From IMG/VR virus record IMGVR_UViG_3300003316_000244, positions 1-64,000 of that record: a DNA stretch of 64,000 bases; one strand, written 5' to 3'. Below the pieces are notes generated by a model that saw only the letters and a program-made list of their open reading frames with translations, was not told where the DNA came from and did not search any database. The DNA comes from a virus. Lineage: Duplodnaviria; Caudoviricetes. Of the stretch, positions 27,970 to 36,784 are shown in pieces. A program made the position numbers and the translations under genes. How positions within the stretch are numbered: the stretch's first letter is position 1; each line of letters starts with the position of its first letter.

Positions 27970-28326
27970 TTATAAATCGTAAATTTCATTCAGTATGCTT
28001 TTAATAAAAATTTCATCATAATTAATAGTAGGATTTACTTTTATTACTTTTTTCCAAAAATGCTCATATGATAACCACCATTCCTTATTTTTTTTCTTAA
28101 AATAAAAACGATAATCATTATAAAAACGACAATCATTTAATCCACCTTTAAAAGATACACAATTTTTAACTAAAAATAAATTAATTTTATTTCCCTTAAT
28201 AGTTAAATTTAATTTTTCATATATAAATAAAAATTCAAATCTATTATATGATTCAAAATTTTCAAGAATTATTTGTTTAATAAATCCTTTATTATTTTCA
28301 TATGAACTTAATTGATCTAACATCAA
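27970..28326 (-). CDS. Hypothetical protein, probable distant member of the same family
   Basis: C-terminal YFKKKNKEWWLSYEHFWKK resembles the family's C-terminal motif. Confidence 0.55.
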   Translation of the reverse strand: MMLDQLSSYENNKGFIKQIILENFESYNRFEFLFIYEKLNLTIKGNKINLFLVKNCVSFKGGLNDCRFYNDYRFYFKKKNKEWWLSYEHFWKKVIKVNPTINYDEIFIKSILNEIYDL

Positions 28327-28389
28327 TAATCTAAATTTAGAAATTTTATTCTGATATGTAAAATTATCAAATTTTAATGACTCTTAAAA

Positions 28390-28437
28390 AAAATATTATC
28401 AATCTTTTTAAAGAAATAAAAAAATTGATAATATTTT
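28390..28437. repeat. 14-bp inverted repeat
   Basis: AAAATATTATCAAT ... ATTGATAATATTTT with 20-nt spacer. Confidence 0.7.
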
Positions 28438-28513
28438 AGATTTTTTTTAAAAATTTAATTATTTTTTAATAATTAATTTCTTTTTTTTCTTTTTAAGACA
28501 GTTACACATAATA

Positions 28514-28542
28514 AATCTTTAAACATAAATAGTTTAAAGATT
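28514..28542. repeat. 11-bp inverted repeat with 7-nt spacer
   Basis: AATCTTTAAAC-ATAAATA-GTTTAAAGATT. Confidence 0.7.
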
Positions 28543-28549
28543 AAATATA

Positions 28550-28579
28550 AAAATGGCACTTTAAAAAAAATGCCATTTT
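28550..28579 (-). terminator. Probable terminator downstream of the HTH gene
   Basis: AAAATGGCA ... TGCCATTTT stem with T-run on the minus strand. Confidence 0.55.
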
Positions 28580-28590
28580 ATTTTTGTAAA

Positions 28591-28809
28591 TTAACGAACT
28601 TTTTTGTATGAAACTTCACCATTTTTTCCAAATGATGTTTCTACATTAAATTCATTCTGGCGAATATCTGAAACTGTTGCTCTAAGATTTTTTACACCAT
28701 AAAGTGTACTAGCTTGTGCTTTAGTTAAAGATTTACCCTTTTTAAGGTGAGTGATGACCATAGCTTTTTTTGTTTTAGCTTTTGGTGCTGTTTTACTACT
28801 AGTTTTCAT
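28591..28809 (-). CDS. Small winged-HTH DNA-binding protein with Lys/Ala-rich tail
   Basis: HLKKGKSLTKAQASTLYGVKNLRATVSDIR pattern; MKTSSKTAPKAKTKK tail. Confidence 0.65.
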   Translation of the reverse strand: MKTSSKTAPKAKTKKAMVITHLKKGKSLTKAQASTLYGVKNLRATVSDIRQNEFNVETSFGKNGEVSYKKVR

Positions 28810-28839
28810 TTTAAATTAAAGTTTAAATATAATTGTTAT

Positions 28840-29046
28840 TTATCTTAAATTATTACCGAAAGAAATACATCGATAATATATTATATTATTATATGTACAA
28901 ACATCTTCAAATATTCCAATCAAACCTTTCTCCTTGATGTAATCAAGGGTGAATAAAAATGATCTCTTTTTTAAATGTTGAAATCTTTCTTCTGTTACAT
29001 CTTCTTCTAAGAAGAGATTATACTGAATTCCGACTGTGTTTTTCAT
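28840..29046 (-). CDS. Small hypothetical protein
   Basis: ORF in the array. Confidence 0.5.
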   Translation of the reverse strand: MKNTVGIQYNLFLEEDVTEERFQHLKKRSFLFTLDYIKEKGLIGIFEDVCTYNNIIYYRCISFGNNLR

Positions 29047-29077
29047 ATATTATTATGGGCTTAAATTTATTTTTTAA

Positions 29078-29446
29078 TTAAATTGAGGATGGTTGTAATT
29101 TCAAATTATAATTATTTTTTAATATTTGTTTTGTATAATTTTTAAGATTAAAATCAAACGGATATGGAAAATGCATATTATTTTGATAAAATGGAATATT
29201 TTTTATTTTTGATAAAATCTTTTCATCTGAAAAGAAAAAATTATCATATCTTTGATTATAATCAAATATCGATTCAGAATCAATATAACCTCCAAACCAA
29301 ATACAATTATTAACCAATATTTGGTATAGATTTTTTGTATTAATTATTAAAATTAAATTACTAAATTGAATTTCATATTTAAAATTATTAGATTTTATAA
29401 TTTCAGAATTTAATATTTCTATAAATTTATTTGCTCTGTTATTCAT
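29078..29446 (-). CDS. Paralog-family protein (ELLKCNNFNY family)
   Basis: EIIKSNNFKY...LYQILVNN..WFGG...IFDYNQRY. Confidence 0.6.
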   Translation of the reverse strand: MNNRANKFIEILNSEIIKSNNFKYEIQFSNLILIINTKNLYQILVNNCIWFGGYIDSESIFDYNQRYDNFFFSDEKILSKIKNIPFYQNNMHFPYPFDFNLKNYTKQILKNNYNLKLQPSSI

Positions 29447-29454
29447 ATAATGAA

Positions 29455-30066
29455 TTATGATTCAATAGCCTCTTCTTCATTTTCTCTTTCAATTATTTCA
29501 TCAATAATTTCAAGTTTTAATGCTTGTTGTGGATCAATGTACCAATCTTCTTTCTGACTATAAATTTTTTTAAGTTTATTTTTTGAAATTTTAGTTTTAC
29601 TAACAACAATTTCTTCCATTATTTCCATCAACCTTGTATTTTCTTCAACATCCATTTCTTGCTTTCTAGCTTCTCCACCAGAAGAATCACTACTGATTTG
29701 ATGATACATTAATGTTGAATGTTTATAACAAAATCTTCTATGACCAGAAATAAGAATAATAAAACCAGAACTCATGGCAGAACCAGTATAATATGTCCAT
29801 ATTGGGGTATTAGAGGCTTCGATGACACCAACTAAACCAAGAGCAGAATAAATATCACCACCGTAACTATCTAAATAAAGTTTAATTGGTTTTGGCTTAT
29901 ATTCAAATCCATAAACTTTTGCTAACTGTACAAGCAATGCATCAGATTCATTTATTTCAAGAATTTTTTTCTTAACATAATAACCTAAACTTTCTTGTTC
30001 AACATCTCCAGCAAAAAATATTAATCTCTTTTTAGGATGGGGAAGATATATTCCATTTTCACTCAT
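29455..30066 (-). CDS. clpP: ClpP-family protease proteolytic subunit
   Basis: IKLYLDSYGGDI, GSAMSSG (catalytic Ser), RF...STLMYHQ (His), DWYIDPQQAL..IIDEI. Confidence 0.85.
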   Translation of the reverse strand: MSENGIYLPHPKKRLIFFAGDVEQESLGYYVKKKILEINESDALLVQLAKVYGFEYKPKPIKLYLDSYGGDIYSALGLVGVIEASNTPIWTYYTGSAMSSGFIILISGHRRFCYKHSTLMYHQISSDSSGGEARKQEMDVEENTRLMEIMEEIVVSKTKISKNKLKKIYSQKEDWYIDPQQALKLEIIDEIIERENEEEAIES

Positions 30067-30088
30067 TACAATTATTAACTACTGATAA

Positions 30089-30120
30089 CAAAATTATATA
30101 AAAACTTATTATTTGTCAAA
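30089..30120 (-). promoter_or_regulatory. Bacteroidota-type promoter for clpP and the early array
   Basis: TTTG-N20-TAATTTTG, perfect match. Confidence 0.7.
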
Positions 30121-30580
30121 TTTTAAAGAATTTTTTATTGTAAAATACTGAAATACAGATACAATCATTGATGTATGTACATAGAAATCCCTATCCTGCA
30201 TAATACCTGTTTAGGAAGAAGTTAAAATGAAATAATTAACTTAATATTAAACAAATATTGTAGGTAGATAATATTAAAATATATAATATTAAATTAGAAT
30301 TAATAAAATTAATATTATATAGATACCAGAATATTACCTCTAGCATAATGTAACATCCCTATCCTGCAAGGGGATTAAAATAATAAGTATTATGGTAAAT
30401 CTTTACAGATTATGCAGGTCTATGTTGTGGTTTTTCACATTGCATAGTATTCCTTACTATTCAATCATCAAACTAATATACCGTCAAATATTAGTTTTAG
30501 TATACATTATACTGATTCATCTTTTCTTATTGGCTAGTAACAATAAATGGAGTAAGAGAATCCTATTATAAAACCATTAT
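30121..30580 (-). ncRNA. Candidate structured non-coding RNA of unknown class
   Basis: No sizeable ORF; at least 8 hairpins, a 10-bp long-range inverted repeat, a 14-bp direct repeat; two promoter motifs at its 5' end. Confidence 0.45.
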
Positions 30581-30616
30581 AAATACAAAAATAATAATTA
30601 ATTATTATATGTCAAA
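30579..30616 (-). promoter_or_regulatory. Tandem host-type promoter and late motif firing into the non-coding region
   Basis: TTTG(30616-13)-N19-TATTTTTG(30593-86), directly followed by GTATTTAT(30586-79). Confidence 0.6.
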
Positions 30617-30635
30617 TTTTAATTAAAAAAATAAT

Positions 30636-31412
30636 TTATAATAAAATAGGTATTAGACCAGTATAATCATAACATTCCATAATTTCTGCTTTACTATTTT
30701 TTTCATTAAACCAAACAATAAAGCATTTACCTATTTTTAGGTTTGGTATTTTTCTATTCAAAATAAATTTATACATTGAAGTTTGTAATGAATACAAATT
30801 CATATGTGAATCATCTAAATGAGATAATGGAGTTTTTAATGTTTGAAAATTATTTGTTAATTTAAATTCTTTATTTGTTTTCCAATCATATATTTGGAAT
30901 TCTTGAGCTTTTATATTGAAAAATAAACCATCCATCATTCCTGCAATACCTATTGCTTCATCATATACGATGAATTCAAGTTTTATTGGAATTAATTTTC
31001 CATTTGTTTTTTGATAAAAATCATCAATTAAATTTTTGATAATATCAAATTCTTTTTTTATATTATCTTCACCTAGTTCACGAATAACCATATCATATGG
31101 ATAATCATATATTTTATTTAGAAAAAGATTTTCAATATAATTATGTACAATGCTGCCTTTTAATGTAGATTTTTTATTGATGGATTTCCAATCAGCTAGA
31201 ACTTCAGCTTGAGTCATTCCATATTCTTCAGCTTTTTTTAAACTCCATTTATTTTCATCAAATTTTTCTTGAAATTTATGTAAAAATGTTGTTACTGAAG
31301 TTAATTGTTTATAATTAACAAAATATTGATGTGTTTTATCTAAAAACTTTACATTATTAAATGTTGTAAAGAGTTCAAAAGGGATATCAATCTTAATTGA
31401 ATTTTTTTCCAT
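30636..31412 (-). CDS. PD-(D/E)xK exonuclease (Cas4/RecB-like)
   Basis: SVTT, KGSIVH..IE, EFIVYD...AGMMD, IYDWKTN, YSLQ..MY; no obvious Fe-S Cys cluster. Confidence 0.75.
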   Translation of the reverse strand: MEKNSIKIDIPFELFTTFNNVKFLDKTHQYFVNYKQLTSVTTFLHKFQEKFDENKWSLKKAEEYGMTQAEVLADWKSINKKSTLKGSIVHNYIENLFLNKIYDYPYDMVIRELGEDNIKKEFDIIKNLIDDFYQKTNGKLIPIKLEFIVYDEAIGIAGMMDGLFFNIKAQEFQIYDWKTNKEFKLTNNFQTLKTPLSHLDDSHMNLYSLQTSMYKFILNRKIPNLKIGKCFIVWFNEKNSKAEIMECYDYTGLIPILL

Positions 31413-31426
31413 TAAAGCAAATATAG

Positions 31427-32311
31427 TTAATTTATAACTATATTATTGGATAATATTTTATTAAAATCAGCATTTTCTAGTTCTCGAATTAATGAATTTT
31501 TGTCAGGAGGTAAACTAGAATAACCATGAACATGTGATAGTAATACTTTTCTGATTAGATTTAATGCTAAAACATTATAATCACCTCTAACCATTGGATG
31601 ACCTTCATTAAATATTTTATCTCTATCTTCTTTGGTTATATTATTATTTTTAAATTTAGGATCACCACCATGAGTTAATAATGCTATTTTATCTGCCATT
31701 TCAATAATTGATGATCTTTCTCCTTTATCTTCAAAATTTAATCTTATAAATGCTGGATTTTTTTTATTTAGCATTAAAATATTATCAAACTCATGTTTAC
31801 CACAACGAATTTCCACTTCTCTTTCACGAAGTATTACATCAGTATTATTTCGTCCAACCAATGCAATATCTTCAATAGAAGGAAATACATTAATGGCATC
31901 AGGATTTGTTGAAATTGCTGGTTCTGGTCTACTTAAACCAACATTAGTTGTTGAAAGAGCAGTATAATATTCATCCTTTTTTATTTTTTGTGGTTGTGAG
32001 ATTACACTACCCATCCAATGTCTTCCTTGTTGTGGATGTTTTATATCATCAAAGAAAATTCGAACCATTTCACCTACTTTTGGATAATTCCAGAAAAATT
32101 TGGGTAAAATTGGATAACATTGAACCAAATTGGAGTTTGGTATATCTCGATCAATATCTGGAACTCTTACTTTTATACGTCCACCATCATTCTCATCAAT
32201 TATTGAAATAACTTCTCCAAAATATATTGATTTAACAATATTTTCTTTATTAGAATCTTCATTATAAACTGTTTTTGTTTTTTGAAGATATTTTTTGTTA
32301 TATCCTTCCAT
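31427..32311 (-). CDS. Baseplate hub/spike protein, gp5/VgrG-like OB-fold
   Basis: GEVISIIDENDGGRIKVRVP...CYPILP...PKVGEMV; late C-terminal HVH motif. Confidence 0.75.
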   Translation of the reverse strand: MEGYNKKYLQKTKTVYNEDSNKENIVKSIYFGEVISIIDENDGGRIKVRVPDIDRDIPNSNLVQCYPILPKFFWNYPKVGEMVRIFFDDIKHPQQGRHWMGSVISQPQKIKKDEYYTALSTTNVGLSRPEPAISTNPDAINVFPSIEDIALVGRNNTDVILREREVEIRCGKHEFDNILMLNKKNPAFIRLNFEDKGERSSIIEMADKIALLTHGGDPKFKNNNITKEDRDKIFNEGHPMVRGDYNVLALNLIRKVLLSHVHGYSSLPPDKNSLIRELENADFNKILSNNIVIN

Positions 32312-32507
32312 TATTTCGTTTATTTAATTCAGTAATAACATTAACCCATTGTAATTCAGCATCATAGAGTTCATTATGACGACTTTCTAATTCAAGTGTT
32401 AATTCAATAATTCTATTTTTTGTAGATTCATGATTTTCTACAATATCAGAACAAAGTTTTAGTAATTCTTCATTTGATAAATTTTCAATGTTATTGTGCT
32501 TGTCCAT
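32298..32507 (-). CDS. Small coiled-coil hypothetical protein
   Basis: Overlaps neighbours in a late operon. Confidence 0.55.
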   Translation of the reverse strand: MDKHNNIENLSNEELLKLCSDIVENHESTKNRIIELTLELESRHNELYDAELQWVNVITELNKRNNGRI

Positions 32508-32898
32508 AACCAGTTGCTATTTTAATTGTTGATCCTAATACTGTCATTGGACCACCATAATTTACACCAGAACCTTGAATGGTAATACCTGCAGGTATTG
32601 CTACAGTAATTATCATGTCTTCTTGAATGGCTTTAACAATTTCTTCAACCGCAATTCTCCACATAATTTCTTCAGGATTAACTGCACCTGATGGTAAATT
32701 ACCAATTGGTAATCCTGCTTCAGATTTTCTTTGAATGATTGAATTTGCTATTTTAGATGGTGATAAACCACTTTTCTTTGGTACACCAAATAAAATAATA
32801 GGTGCTGGTACTTTTGGTGTACCTGATGATTGTAATTTAAGTATTTTATTAAATCCTCCAATAATTGAAGTTAGATTATTAAAATCAATATCAGCCAT
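32491..32898 (-). CDS. Probable virion protein (135 aa)
   Basis: GTATTTAA variant at 32904-11; G/P-rich C-terminus. Confidence 0.6.
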   Translation of the reverse strand: MADIDFNNLTSIIGGFNKILKLQSSGTPKVPAPIILFGVPKKSGLSPSKIANSIIQRKSEAGLPIGNLPSGAVNPEEIMWRIAVEEIVKAIQEDMIITVAIPAGITIQGSGVNYGGPMTVLGSTIKIATGYGQAQ

Positions 32899-32914
32899 AT
32901 CTATTAAATACGGA

Positions 32915-32945
32915 TTTGTTAAAATCTTAATTATTTTTAAATTTG
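32915..32945 (+). promoter_or_regulatory. Bacteroidota-type promoter
   Basis: TTTG-N19-TAAATTTG, perfect match. Confidence 0.7.
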
Positions 32946-32964
32946 TAAAGAAAATAATATTTTA

Positions 32965-33177
32965 ATGAAAAAAAATTTAAAAAATATTTATCTACATAAA
33001 AAACTTTTAAAAAAAGATTTTTATAAACAAGAATATCAGTTTGTAATAGTACTAGTATCAGCTATTGATAATATTATAAAAATTAATTTTTTTATAGAAA
33101 ATCAACCTTTTAGTGGTATTGGAATTAAAAATAGTCAACCAACATTTTTAATATCTTTAGAATCAGAATTAAAATGA
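32965..33177 (+). CDS. Small hypothetical early protein
   Basis: Downstream of host promoter; ATGA overlap with next ORF. Confidence 0.5.
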   Translation: MKKNLKNIYLHKKLLKKDFYKQEYQFVIVLVSAIDNIIKINFFIENQPFSGIGIKNSQPTFLISLESELK

Positions 33178-33506
33178 AAAAATATAAAGAAGAAGTTAAA
33201 AAAGAATTATTAAAATGTAATAATTTTAACTATTGTATTGAATATGGTTGTCTAAAACTAAAAATAAAAACAACTAAGATAAATCATTTATTAATAAATC
33301 AATCCTATAGTTTTGAAGGTAGAATTGATTCTAATTGGTTATTTATTTATGAATCAAAATATAATCAGGTTTATTTATCATGTACATATTTTTGGTCAAA
33401 ATTTGAAAGTAATAACTTTTCTCATAATGAAATTATAAGAATTATGAATATTCTTCTTGAAAAAAACACTCAAAAAGAAGTATGTAATATTTTTTTGGAT
33501 AATTAA
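33174..33506 (+). CDS. Paralog-family protein (ELLKCNNFNY family)
   Basis: ELLKCNNFNY...NQSYSFEG...WLFIYESKY..VYLS..YFWSKFE. Confidence 0.65.
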   Translation: MKKYKEEVKKELLKCNNFNYCIEYGCLKLKIKTTKINHLLINQSYSFEGRIDSNWLFIYESKYNQVYLSCTYFWSKFESNNFSHNEIIRIMNILLEKNTQKEVCNIFLDN

Positions 33507-34798
33507 AAACTTAATGATTTTAATATTCCAGAATATGCAGTTAATTTTTCTCGTAAAATTACTTTGCTGGTATTTTTAACAATTTTAAGTAGCTCACCAA
33601 CTATTGCATTATAAATAAATTTATTAATTTCAGATTTTACAGAATTTGCTAAACATTCTGATAAATTTCTTGATGATTTAATATCTTCCTCTGAAGAAGA
33701 AGGCATTGTTAATACACCACCATTTTTGAAGCTCTCTATTAATATTTTCAATACCATTATTTGAGGTGTTGTTGTTATTGCTGTAACAAGTATTGATATT
33801 ATTTTTTTTATAATTCTTTTAAAGAATGAATCTTTTGCTGTCGTTTCATTTTGTCCCAATGATTGATTACCTAGACTACTATTCAATAAATTAGAATATT
33901 GATTAGCTACAAACTCAGGATCAGTTGATCCACTTATGTTATATATAAAATCTTTTGTTTGATCAAGATCAATTGAAGTATTGAAAAAACCACAACCAAG
34001 ATCGAGTACATTAATTCCCTTTTCTATATTTTCAGATTCTGTTTGAATATCTTTAATATCTTGATCTGTTAAATCTAAGCTATCTTCATTATTTATTAAT
34101 TTATCAATTATTTTTTTTAATTTTTGTTCAGCAACAATTTGTTCGTATGATTTATTTTGTTGGGAAGATATATTTCCAAAAATTTCATTAGTTATTTGAG
34201 TATTAAATTCTTTAGAATTAATTAGTTCTATTCCATCAACATAATTATTTAAAAATGTACCAATTGTGTCTGAACTATTCAATGGTTTAATTGTCATTGT
34301 ATCAGAAATTTCATTAAATTTTAATGACACATTACTACTATTAACTTCAGTACCCGGATTTCTGATTGCATTATATGATGATTTATCAAAATTTTGATTA
34401 TTATCTGAATAAATTAAGCTTCCTGTTGTGCTATCTGGATTAGTTTTTAATTTTCCATAATTATCAATTTTTTTTACAGGAATATCATATCCATTTGATA
34501 TGAAATTAGATGGTATACTTTGATTTGAGTTAAATGGTAATAATTGAGTTTTTAATGTTGATTTTAATAAAGGTTCTGCTTTTTTAACAAAATTAGTTAA
34601 AAGATCACCAGTTGATTTTTGTACGGCATTGCTACCTTTCAATTTAACTAAAAGATCAAGTAAAAATGGAATAATTTCTTTTTTATTATTAATTGATGTA
34701 TTAGAGTTTCCAGTATCATTAACTTCAACAGTCTGTCCAATTGATGTTAAAACTGAAACTTGAGTAAAAACATTTTTTTTATCGTTTATTAAACTCAT
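33503..34798 (-). CDS. Probable virion structural protein (431 aa)
   Basis: Co-transcribed with a late-motif gene; N/S/T-rich. Confidence 0.6.
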   Translation of the reverse strand: MSLINDKKNVFTQVSVLTSIGQTVEVNDTGNSNTSINNKKEIIPFLLDLLVKLKGSNAVQKSTGDLLTNFVKKAEPLLKSTLKTQLLPFNSNQSIPSNFISNGYDIPVKKIDNYGKLKTNPDSTTGSLIYSDNNQNFDKSSYNAIRNPGTEVNSSNVSLKFNEISDTMTIKPLNSSDTIGTFLNNYVDGIELINSKEFNTQITNEIFGNISSQQNKSYEQIVAEQKLKKIIDKLINNEDSLDLTDQDIKDIQTESENIEKGINVLDLGCGFFNTSIDLDQTKDFIYNISGSTDPEFVANQYSNLLNSSLGNQSLGQNETTAKDSFFKRIIKKIISILVTAITTTPQIMVLKILIESFKNGGVLTMPSSSEEDIKSSRNLSECLANSVKSEINKFIYNAIVGELLKIVKNTSKVILREKLTAYSGILKSLSF

Positions 34799-34800
34799 TT

Positions 34801-35169
34801 TTAATTTGAATTTTTATCTTTTTGCATACTTTGTTTAACCATTCTAATTATTTCAGATTTTTCATCATGATTAATTTCTTCGTTTTTATCTGAATCTTTA
34901 GATTTTTTTTCACTATTGAAAACTATTTCTTTTAAATATTTTAATAATAATAATTTCTGTTCTTGATTTTTCAATTCTATGCCAAGTAATGCAGTAATAT
35001 CTTTTCCAATGGCTGCAATTTCTCCACCTTCATTTACAAATTTATTCCATTTGGCAAATAATGCTTTAATTTCACTTCTTACTGTAAGTGTATCATTATA
35101 ATATTCTTGAAATAATTCATTTACGCTTTCTTCTGTAAACTTAATTTTCTTTTTCTGTGGTCTTGGCAT
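34801..35169 (-). CDS. Hypothetical late protein (122 aa)
   Basis: GTATTTAT at 35183-35190. Confidence 0.6.
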   Translation of the reverse strand: MPRPQKKKIKFTEESVNELFQEYYNDTLTVRSEIKALFAKWNKFVNEGGEIAAIGKDITALLGIELKNQEQKLLLLKYLKEIVFNSEKKSKDSDKNEEINHDEKSEIIRMVKQSMQKDKNSN

Positions 35170-35245
35170 AAGTTTTTTTATAATAAATACGATTATTTGT
35201 TAAAAATCAATATATAATAAATATTTCCGTTTATGGTTTTAAATT

Positions 35246-36040
35246 ATGACAAAAAGAAAATCTAAAGAATCTTATCTTCATTTTACTAAAGAAGAAATCA
35301 GAAATAGAAATAAGGATATTATACTTTCTATAACAGGTGAAAGAGTAAAATTTACAGCTAAAAATGACTCTCAGAAAGAATTGATATCATCAATTAATAA
35401 AAATGAAATAACAATATGTAGCGGTTTAGCTGGCAGTGGTAAATCATTTATTGCTTTAGCTGCTGCATTGAATTTATTAACTGATAGAGATAATTTTTAT
35501 CAAAAAATTTTTTTAGTTAAGTCTGTAACAACATTAAAAAATGAAGAATTAGGGTTTTTACGTGGTGATTTAGATGATAAACTAACCCCATTCATGTCAA
35601 GCTTTAATTTGAATTTAAATAAAATAGTATCTGAAGATATAATTAATGAAATGATTTCAAAGAAAATCATTAATTATATGCCATTAGCGTATATTAGAGG
35701 TATAACGATAGATAATGCTATTGTTATAGTAGATGAAAGTCAAAATATTACAATTGAAAATTCTAAGTCTTTTTTGACACGTATAGGTGAAAATTGTAAA
35801 ATAATTTGTTTAGGTGATGAAAATCAAATTGATTTAAAAAATTATGATGATAGTTCATTAAGTGTTATAATGAATATATTGAAAGATATTGATGGGGTTG
35901 GAGTTGTAAAAATGAATGATAAGGATTCAAATATCAGGAATCCTATAATTCCAAAAATTGAAGAGAAATTTAAAAAATATTATATAGAAAAAGAAATAGA
36001 TAAAGCTAAACAAAATAAAAATGGAACAAGAAGAGGTTAA
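35246..36040 (+). CDS. phoH: PhoH-family ATPase
   Basis: GLAGSGKS, ELGFLRG, PLAYIRG.T, IVDESQN, LTRIGE, GDENQID. Confidence 0.92.
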   Translation: MTKRKSKESYLHFTKEEIRNRNKDIILSITGERVKFTAKNDSQKELISSINKNEITICSGLAGSGKSFIALAAALNLLTDRDNFYQKIFLVKSVTTLKNEELGFLRGDLDDKLTPFMSSFNLNLNKIVSEDIINEMISKKIINYMPLAYIRGITIDNAIVIVDESQNITIENSKSFLTRIGENCKIICLGDENQIDLKNYDDSSLSVIMNILKDIDGVGVVKMNDKDSNIRNPIIPKIEEKFKKYYIEKEIDKAKQNKNGTRRG

Positions 36041-36362
36041 AATAATAGTATTTTATGTTGATGTAAGGGGAATGGATAATTCAAAAGTATATGATACTGT
36101 TAAATCTATACAAGAAAATATAGATGAATCACCAATGTTTAAAGAAAATATTACAACTATCATAATACCAGTATTAGGAAATACAAGAATAGAATGTATA
36201 AATCCAAAATATATTGTTGAACATGATTTAATATCAAAACATAATGATTTAATGAAGGAACTTCACGATCATCTAGAATATCAGATTCAACAATTAAAAA
36301 CTATTAAAGAAAGTTCGATAAATAAATTTGATGAATTAAAAAGTGATGAAAGCAATGGATAA
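36021..36362 (+). CDS. Hypothetical protein (113 aa)
   Basis: Overlapping operon member. Confidence 0.6.
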   Translation: MEQEEVKIIVFYVDVRGMDNSKVYDTVKSIQENIDESPMFKENITTIIIPVLGNTRIECINPKYIVEHDLISKHNDLMKELHDHLEYQIQQLKTIKESSINKFDELKSDESNG

Positions 36363-36783
36363 AAAAAACAGTGAAGATTTTTACAAAAATTTAAAAAAGA
36401 AGCTTTCAAATAAAAGAGTAGTTAAAAGTTTGGAATATCATAGACGTATGATTGAAGAAATTATGGAATGTTCCATTGATATACAATTCATTTCAGATGA
36501 AGAACTTATGGAAATGGAAGCAATGAATCAAAAGTTAAAGCAAACTTTGGAAGATGTCGATGAACTCGCAACATCAAATATAAATAATGAATCACAAGCA
36601 ATAACATTAAAGGACTTAAAAAAAATGCTTACAAGAGAAAATGAGGATCAGAAAGTATTCATTGATCCAATTTATTTAAGTAATGGTATGAATCCTTTAA
36701 ATAATATGATATTAGTTGGTATGGATAATTATGTTATTTTGATACCTAAAAGTGAAAAAATAAATATAGAAAAAAAAGATTAA
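36343..36783 (+). CDS. Hypothetical protein (146 aa)
   Basis: Overlapping operon member. Confidence 0.55.
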   Translation: MMKAMDKKNSEDFYKNLKKKLSNKRVVKSLEYHRRMIEEIMECSIDIQFISDEELMEMEAMNQKLKQTLEDVDELATSNINNESQAITLKDLKKMLTRENEDQKVFIDPIYLSNGMNPLNNMILVGMDNYVILIPKSEKINIEKKD

Positions 36784-36784
36784 T

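Noticed and set aside
28514-28542. NrtR box
   Set aside because: The core is AC-N7-GT, the inverse of the NrtR consensus, with arms unlike the 10307 operator.
29455-30066. ClpP as the prohead maturation protease
   Set aside because: Host-type promoter, early-gene context and no portal or capsid genes nearby.
30187-30380. CRISPR mini-array from the ATCCCTATCCTGCA repeats
   Set aside because: Only two 14-bp copies, 168 bp apart, and no cas operon; kept only as part of the ncRNA candidate.
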